A stretch of DNA of 32,000 nucleotides. Source: Vibrio alginolyticus NBRC 15630 = ATCC 17749. Its GTDB lineage: Bacteria; Pseudomonadota; Gammaproteobacteria; Enterobacterales; Vibrionaceae. The notes beneath the pieces were generated by a model, which was not told where the DNA came from, did no database searches, and saw only the letters and a program-made list of their open reading frames with translations. Of the stretch, positions 26,579 to 32,000 are shown in pieces (the stretch's first letter is position 1; each line of letters begins with the position of its first letter). Position numbers and translations under genes: made by a program. The stretch is from NCBI RefSeq assembly GCF_000354175.2, contig NC_022359.1:660001-692000 (forward strand), in the 5' to 3' direction.

Positions 26579-27990
26579 ATGACGGCAACTTATCGTCGGC
26601 AACAAGGAAGTAAAGTCTATACCTTTAAGTCATTAGCTGACTTGATGGCGAAAGCGACACCGGAGCGCTCAGGCGATGCGTTAGCCGGGGTTTGTGCTCA
26701 GTCAGCGGCAGAACGTGTAGTCGCACAAATGGCGCTATCTGAGTTACCACTTAAAACGTTTCTTAACGAGGCGGTTATTCCATACGAAAGCGACGATATC
26801 ACTCGCCTAATTATCGATACGCATGACCTTGAAGCTTTTAAACCGATTGAGCACTTGACGGTCGGAGATTTTCGAAATTGGCTGCTGAGTGAAGAAGCCG
26901 ATGGTGAAACGTTGGCTAAAATTCGTCAAGGTTTAACACCAGAAATGGTGGCCGCAGTCAGTAAGATTATGCGCAACCAGGATTTGATTCTCGTTGCTAA
27001 AAAAGCCAAGTTGTCACGGCTTTTCGGAATACGATTGGTTTGCCGAGTCGCCTGTCTACTCGCTTACAGCCGAATCATCCCACTGATTCTCTCAACGGTA
27101 TCGCAGCGACCATTTTTGATGGTCTGATGTACGGAAATGGCGATGCGGTTATCGGTATCAATCCGGCAACAGATAATGTACCTCAAGCTATTAAGTTAAT
27201 GAACTTAATGGATGAGGTGATTCAACACTATCAAATACCGACTCAGTCTTGTGTGTTAACTCATGTCACGAACACGATCGAAGCCATTGAAATGGGTGCA
27301 CCAGTCGATCTCGTTTTTCAGTCGATAGGCGGCACGCAAGGGACGAATGATACCTTCGGAATCGACTTGTCGATTTTGAAAGAGGCCCATGAAGCCGCGT
27401 TGTCTTTGAATCGAGGTAGCGTAGGAAACAATGTGATGTATTTTGAAACCGGACAAGGTACAGCGCTGTCTGCGAATGCATTTCATGGGGTCGATCAGCA
27501 GACTTGTGAAGCCCGCGCTTATGCTGTCGCGAAACAGTTCGATCCTTTGTTGGTTAATACTGTCGTTGGGTTTATTGGCCCTGAGTATCTGTTTGATGGC
27601 AAACAGATCATTCGTGCTGGGCTTGAAGATCATTTCTGTGGGAAGTTGCTTGGTTTACCTATGGGTTGCGATATCTGTTACACCAATCATGCCTATGCCG
27701 ATCAGAATGACATGGATAACTTGCTGACACTATTAGGTGTGGCCGAGTGCTCGTTCATCATGGGTATTCCAGGGTCTGATGACATCATGCTCAATTATCA
27801 AACTACCTCATTTCACGATGCCCTTTACGCAAGAAAAGTACTCGGTTTGAAGCCAGCACCAGAGTTCGAACAATGGTTAATGGAGATGCAGATTTTCGAG
27901 AGCGTGCAAGACGTTCGGTTAAGTGAGCAAATCTCTCGCTCGTTTTCGGGAGCAATTAACCAACTGAATAAGGGGTATTCTCATGGGTAA
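26579..27990 (+). pseudogene. eutB: Ethanolamine ammonia-lyase large subunit EutB, interrupted by a 1-nt frame change in an A6 run
   Basis: The frame of 26579 matches EutB up to ...NQDLILVAKK and then runs into nonsense, stopping at 27127. The -1 frame has TAA at 26998-27000. From 27001 it reads KSQVVTAFRNTIGLPSRLSTRLQPN...GDAVIGINP...YFETGQG...VVGFIGPEY...MGCD.CYTNH to the stop at 27990. One extra A in 26999-27004 would give a single 470-aa product (471 codons with the stop). Confidence 0.85.
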
Positions 27991-28867
27991 AGTAATCACC
28001 ATTGCTCAGTCCCCACAAGATGAGTCTGAAGTTGTCACATACAACCCGTGGGGAAAGTTACGTGACTTCACCTCTGCTCGGATCGCTCTGGGTCGTAGCG
28101 GGAACAGTGTACCAACCAACGAGTTACTCTCATTTCAGCTGGATCATGCCCAAGCTATGGATGCAGTGCATTGCAGTTTGAATATTGAGTCTCTCGTTGC
28201 TGGTTTGTCGGACTCTTACTCGATTCTTGAAAATACCTTAGAGCCTCCAGTGGTAGTGAGCAGCCGAGTAAGTGATCGGCTTATGTACCTGCAAAGGCCC
28301 GATTTAGGAAGGCTGCTTGATGAATCTTCTTGGCAAACGCTCAACTTGATAGCAAATGAGCATAACACTGACATTGATCTTGCGATTGTTATTGCTGATG
28401 GACTTTCTTCCGTCGCAATTCAAAACCATGCCGTGCCTGTTGTTACTCGATTGATTTCTCTTTTAAGCGCTGATGATGAACATCAATGGAAATTCGCACC
28501 TATCACAATCGTAAAGCAAGGAAGAGTAGCGGTAGGGGATGATGTTGGTGAATGTTTTAACGCCAAGGCCGTGCTGGTTTTAATTGGAGAGAGACCCGGT
28601 CTAACTTCTCCGGATAGCATGGGTATGTATCTCACTTGGGGGGCTAAACGAGGCTCTAAAGATTCCCAAAGAAACTGCATTTCCAATGTGCGTCCCCAGG
28701 GGCTCAACTATGACGATGCCTGTGAACGCGCATTTTACTTGCTCAAGGAGGCTCGAAAATTACAACTGTCAGGAGTGAATCTGAAAGATCGCTCAGATAT
28801 CAATGAGCCAAGTGGCGCAAGCGTTGAAGATAAACACAGCGACAACTTTTTAATTTCATCAAAGTAG
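27983..28867 (+). CDS. eutC: Ethanolamine ammonia-lyase small subunit EutC
   Basis: 294 aa. NPWGKLRDFTSARIALGRSGNSVPTNELLSFQLDHAQAMDAVH matches the conserved EutC core. The start overlaps the eutB stop (ATGGGTAA). Confidence 0.9.
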   Translation: MGKVITIAQSPQDESEVVTYNPWGKLRDFTSARIALGRSGNSVPTNELLSFQLDHAQAMDAVHCSLNIESLVAGLSDSYSILENTLEPPVVVSSRVSDRLMYLQRPDLGRLLDESSWQTLNLIANEHNTDIDLAIVIADGLSSVAIQNHAVPVVTRLISLLSADDEHQWKFAPITIVKQGRVAVGDDVGECFNAKAVLVLIGERPGLTSPDSMGMYLTWGAKRGSKDSQRNCISNVRPQGLNYDDACERAFYLLKEARKLQLSGVNLKDRSDINEPSGASVEDKHSDNFLISSK

Positions 28868-28878
28868 AAGGATTTACT

Positions 28879-30282
28879 ATGTCTAAACATCAGGAGTACT
28901 TGGCCAAAAGGCAGCTAAAAAGAGGCACCGCAGGTTGGATTTTACTTGCGGGCTTAGGTGTCTCGTATGTTATATCTGGTGACTTCGCCGGTTGGAACTT
29001 TGGCATCGCTCAAGCAGGATGGGGAGGCTTTCTTATTGCTGCTATCGCGATGGCAGTAATGTATTTCACGCTAGTATTGTCTTTAGCTGAAATGTCTGCG
29101 GCTATTCCTGCTGCGGGTGGTGGTTACAGCTTCGCAAGACAGGCGATGGGGCCGACAGGTGGCTTTTTCACTGGCTTATCAGTTTTGATTGAATATGCGC
29201 TCGCGCCTGCTGCGATAGTGATTTTTATTGGCTCAGCAGTTAATGAATTGGTTGGTATCGATGGTCCTGTTGTTTACGCACTTTTCTACGCCGTCTTTAT
29301 CGCTATTCATATGGCAGGGGTTGGCGAAGCTCTCAAAGTAATGATGGTCATCAGCGGTTTGGCTGTGCTAGCTATTCTAATTACTGCTGCTGTGCTTATT
29401 GGTCACTTTGACGTTAATAACTTATTCGATATTGCTCCGGCGACGGCTCAGGCAACAGAAATCTTGCCGTTTGGGTGGTATGGCGTATGGGCTGCGTTGC
29501 CATTTGCAATGTGGTTGTTTCTTGCGGTTGAAGGTGTGCCTTTAGCGGCAGAGGAGGCAAAAAATCCGGCAAAAGATGTTCCCAAAGGCATCATTGGTGC
29601 GATGCTGTTTTTATTGCTAACCGCAACTCTCGTAGTCGTCCTTTTGGCTGGTGCGGTTGGCTCAAAGGTCATAGGCGATAGCGCGGTGCCATTAGTTGAC
29701 GCCCTAAAGCTTACGGGCAATTCAACGGTAGCAATGGCCGTGAACTTACTCGGGTTAGCTGGTCTTATCGCTTCTTTCTTTTCTATCATTTATGGTTACA
29801 GCCGCTTGGTGTTTGCGCTTTCCCGCGCGGGTTATTTACCGCAAACTTTGTCATTAACCAGTGACAAAAAAGTGCCTTCTCGTGCGCTGTTGGTTCCGGG
29901 CGTTTTTGGGTTCTTGGTTTCACTTACGGGTGAGGGGGACTTAATCTTGGCGATGGCTGTTGTCGGTGCGACTGTATCGTACGCATTAATGTCCTTGAGC
30001 CATATTTTATTGCGAATTAAACAGCCTGAATTAACTCGTCCATATAAAACGCCTGGTGGGATAATTACGTCGAGTATTTCTCTGGTGCTTTCTTTGATCG
30101 CAATGACAGGTGTTTATGCTTTTGATCCCTCGGCCTTTTTCATGACAATGGGATTGTTTCTTATCGGTGGTGTTTATTATGGGTTATACAGCCGCAACAA
30201 ATTGGTGGCAGCAACCGCCGAGGAAGAGTTTGCCATGCTGTCTGTAGCAGAGCTAGAGCTTGAATCAGATGTCGTACGATAG
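28879..30282 (+). CDS. eat: Ethanolamine permease (APC superfamily, Eat)
   Basis: 467 aa with 12 TM helices and an APC-type N-terminus (GTAGWILLAGLGVSYVISGDFAGWNFG...). It lies directly downstream of eutBC. Confidence 0.85.
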   Translation: MSKHQEYLAKRQLKRGTAGWILLAGLGVSYVISGDFAGWNFGIAQAGWGGFLIAAIAMAVMYFTLVLSLAEMSAAIPAAGGGYSFARQAMGPTGGFFTGLSVLIEYALAPAAIVIFIGSAVNELVGIDGPVVYALFYAVFIAIHMAGVGEALKVMMVISGLAVLAILITAAVLIGHFDVNNLFDIAPATAQATEILPFGWYGVWAALPFAMWLFLAVEGVPLAAEEAKNPAKDVPKGIIGAMLFLLLTATLVVVLLAGAVGSKVIGDSAVPLVDALKLTGNSTVAMAVNLLGLAGLIASFFSIIYGYSRLVFALSRAGYLPQTLSLTSDKKVPSRALLVPGVFGFLVSLTGEGDLILAMAVVGATVSYALMSLSHILLRIKQPELTRPYKTPGGIITSSISLVLSLIAMTGVYAFDPSAFFMTMGLFLIGGVYYGLYSRNKLVAATAEEEFAMLSVAELELESDVVR

Positions 30283-30311
30283 TCACTCTGATTCTTGTTA
30301 TTCAGCATATT

Positions 30312-30340
30312 AAGGGAGCCATAGGCTCCCTTTGTCATTT
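30312..30340 (+). terminator. Rho-independent terminator of the eut operon
   Basis: AAGGGAGCC-ATA-GGCTCCCTT followed by TGTCATTT. Confidence 0.7.
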
Positions 30341-30469
30341 CTATCAAAAGTGCATAGCGCACAAATGCATCACTTTAACTTTATAAGTGGTTAATCATGT
30401 GAAAGTCTAGTCTGGATAACGATGGCGCAGATCCATCACAGGTAAAGGTTAAGTTTTCAAGGAAAGGTC

Positions 30470-31525
30470 ATGATAAATAAGGTATTTAATACACTTTTGG
30501 GAACAGAGTTACCGATTATTCAAGCGCCAATGGCCGGTGTGCAAGACAGCCAAATGACCATAGCCGTCAGTAATGTTGGCGGGCTTGGCTCGTTACCTTG
30601 TGGAATGCTGAACAAAGACGCCATCGTAAAAGAACTTCAACTTATCAAGCAGGCAACTAACCGACCGTTTAACCTCAATTTCTTTTGCCATGAAATGCCG
30701 GAGTATGACGCCAACAAGCACGAAAAGTGGCAAAAAACGCTGCAACCGTATTTTTCCGAGGTTGATGCAACCGTTCAGGCTCAGCCAAACGCTCCGACAA
30801 GGATGCCTTTCAATCATGATATTGCTGACGCGATTGAACCATTTGCACCGCCAGTGATCAGTTTCCACTTTGGTTTGCCAGACGATGATCTGTTAGCTCG
30901 AATTAGAGGGTGGGGAGGGAAGATCCTTTCGTCAGCGACCACGGTGGACGAAGCACTTTGGCTAGAAGCAAAAGGCGTTGACGGTATTATCGCCCAAGGC
31001 TTGGAGGCTGGTGGACACCGAGGTATGTTTTTATCGGATGATTTAACTACTCAATTAAGTTTGATGGCGTTATTACCACAAATCGCCAAACGGGTGAATT
31101 TGCCTGTTATTGCTGCAGGCGGAATCGCTGATAGAAGTGGGGTGGAAGCCGCGTTGAGATTAGGAGCGAGTGCCGTTCAAGTTGGCAGCGCCTATTTGTT
31201 GTGTGATGAGGCGAAAACATCGTCTTTACATCGATATGCCATTGCCAGTGAACGCGCGCAACATACCGCTGTGACCAATGTTTTCTCGGGCCGACCAGCG
31301 AGAGGCATTGTGAATCGCGCGATGTCGGAGCTAGGCTACATCAGTGAGTTTGCGCCGAAATTCCCATACGCCTCCATTGAAATGGCTCAACTAAGAGCGC
31401 TTATGGAAAAGCAAAACCGAGATGAATTCACACCGTTGTGGTGCGGACAAAACTCGTCGGGTTGTAAGGAAATATCGGCGGCAGAAATGACATTGTCATT
31501 AGTGGACGGCATCGATTTAAACTGA
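30470..31525 (+). CDS. Nitronate monooxygenase (FMN-dependent NMO / 2-nitropropane dioxygenase family)
   Basis: 351 aa with LGTELPIIQAPMAGV, GGLGSLP, IIAQGLEAGGHRG and VIAAGGIADRSG, typical of the NMO TIM-barrel family. Confidence 0.85.
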   Translation: MINKVFNTLLGTELPIIQAPMAGVQDSQMTIAVSNVGGLGSLPCGMLNKDAIVKELQLIKQATNRPFNLNFFCHEMPEYDANKHEKWQKTLQPYFSEVDATVQAQPNAPTRMPFNHDIADAIEPFAPPVISFHFGLPDDDLLARIRGWGGKILSSATTVDEALWLEAKGVDGIIAQGLEAGGHRGMFLSDDLTTQLSLMALLPQIAKRVNLPVIAAGGIADRSGVEAALRLGASAVQVGSAYLLCDEAKTSSLHRYAIASERAQHTAVTNVFSGRPARGIVNRAMSELGYISEFAPKFPYASIEMAQLRALMEKQNRDEFTPLWCGQNSSGCKEISAAEMTLSLVDGIDLN

Positions 31526-31563
31526 TATGCATCTTGCCTTTTAAAGCGATGCTGACTGAATGG

Positions 31564-32000
31564 TTACGAGTTATCCCTGTATTTATGTAGTAAATCTAAT
31601 GGGATGTGGCAGTAATCATTCGGAAAGTTTGTGAGTCTGTCTTGGTGCTCATCATCACTTGGCACATAATTTGTGAGTGGCAGTACTTCTACGGCGATCT
31701 TGTCGGCGTCCGGTCGTACTGCGATAAACGCTTTCGCCATGGTGAGATGCTGTTCGTTTTGGCTATAAACACCAGTACGGTACTTCTCACCTACGTCTTC
31801 ACCTTGCTTGTTAACGCTGTAAGGGTCGATTATCTCAAACAAATACCCCATTAAAGTTTCAACCGAAACTTGCTCAGGGTCGAACTGGGTTTTCACGCAC
31901 TCTGCGTAGCCATCGTATTCGGATTGAGTGTTATCCGTTGTGCCATTTGCTCGCCCGGCTTCTGTGTTGATTACGCCCGGAAGGTGGCGCATAAATTCTT
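31564..32000 (-). CDS. msrA: Peptide-methionine (S)-S-oxide reductase MsrA (5' end beyond window)
   Basis: LPGVINTEAGRANG...YAECVKTQFDPEQVSVETLMGYLFEIIDPYSVNKQGEDVGEKYRTGVY...DEHQDRL...DYCHI matches MsrA. The reading frame stays open to base 32000 and the catalytic GCFW motif would lie upstream, so the ATG at 31992 is internal. Confidence 0.85.
   Translation of the reverse strand, partial: EFMRHLPGVINTEAGRANGTTDNTQSEYDGYAECVKTQFDPEQVSVETLMGYLFEIIDPYSVNKQGEDVGEKYRTGVYSQNEQHLTMAKAFIAVRPDADKIAVEVLPLTNYVPSDDEHQDRLTNFPNDYCHIPLDLLHKYRDNS

Noticed and set aside
26999-27127. The tail of ORF 26579-27127 (..AKLSRLFGIRLVCRVACLLAYSRIIPL..) and the TTG start at 27040, taken as evidence for two separate genes.
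   Set aside because: EutB homology continues seamlessly across frames at the A6 run. The tail and the TTG start are artefacts of the frameshift, so the two ORFs are reported as one interrupted eutB.

Overview
The window reads as Vibrio-like, chromosome-II-type DNA. This is inferred from gene content and order; no database search was possible. Bases 1-12,000 hold a complete, compact flagellar hook-basal-body cluster: flgN-flgM-flgA on the minus strand, divergent from flgBCDEFGHIJKL on the plus strand. It looks like the lateral (laf/Flag-2) type rather than the polar type. A good sigma54 -24/-12 element sits in the 77-bp divergent gap, and an extra flagellin-fold ORF follows flgL. Bases 12,000-25,400 are a mosaic of small independent transcription units, most ending in hairpin terminators. 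They encode a 906-aa many-pass membrane protein (DUF2339-like), a CPA1 cation/proton antiporter with a C-terminal KTN-like domain, and a type-2 IPP isomerase. They also encode a two-module Cys-rich lipoprotein, a GFA-family protein, a periplasmic rhodanese and a groES-groEL paralog whose GroEL lacks the GGM tail. The remainder is a short ORF or structured region, a LysE exporter with a divergent LysR regulator, a VOC/glyoxalase protein, and a TetR regulator divergent from a small membrane protein with twin palindromic operators. Bases 25,400-30,300 are a short ethanolamine locus (eutR / eutB-eutC-eat) without microcompartment genes. In it, eutB is broken by a one-base frame change inside an A6 run. 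The window ends with a nitronate monooxygenase and a 5'-truncated msrA. I saw no rRNA or tRNA genes, CRISPR arrays, transposases, integrases, or recognisable defence or toxin genes, and I cannot support a claim of a new multi-gene system. The best leads are the eutB A-run frameshift, the flagellin-like ORF after flgL, the muramidase-less FlgJ, the structured ORF or 3' extension behind groEL, and the TetR twin-operator unit.
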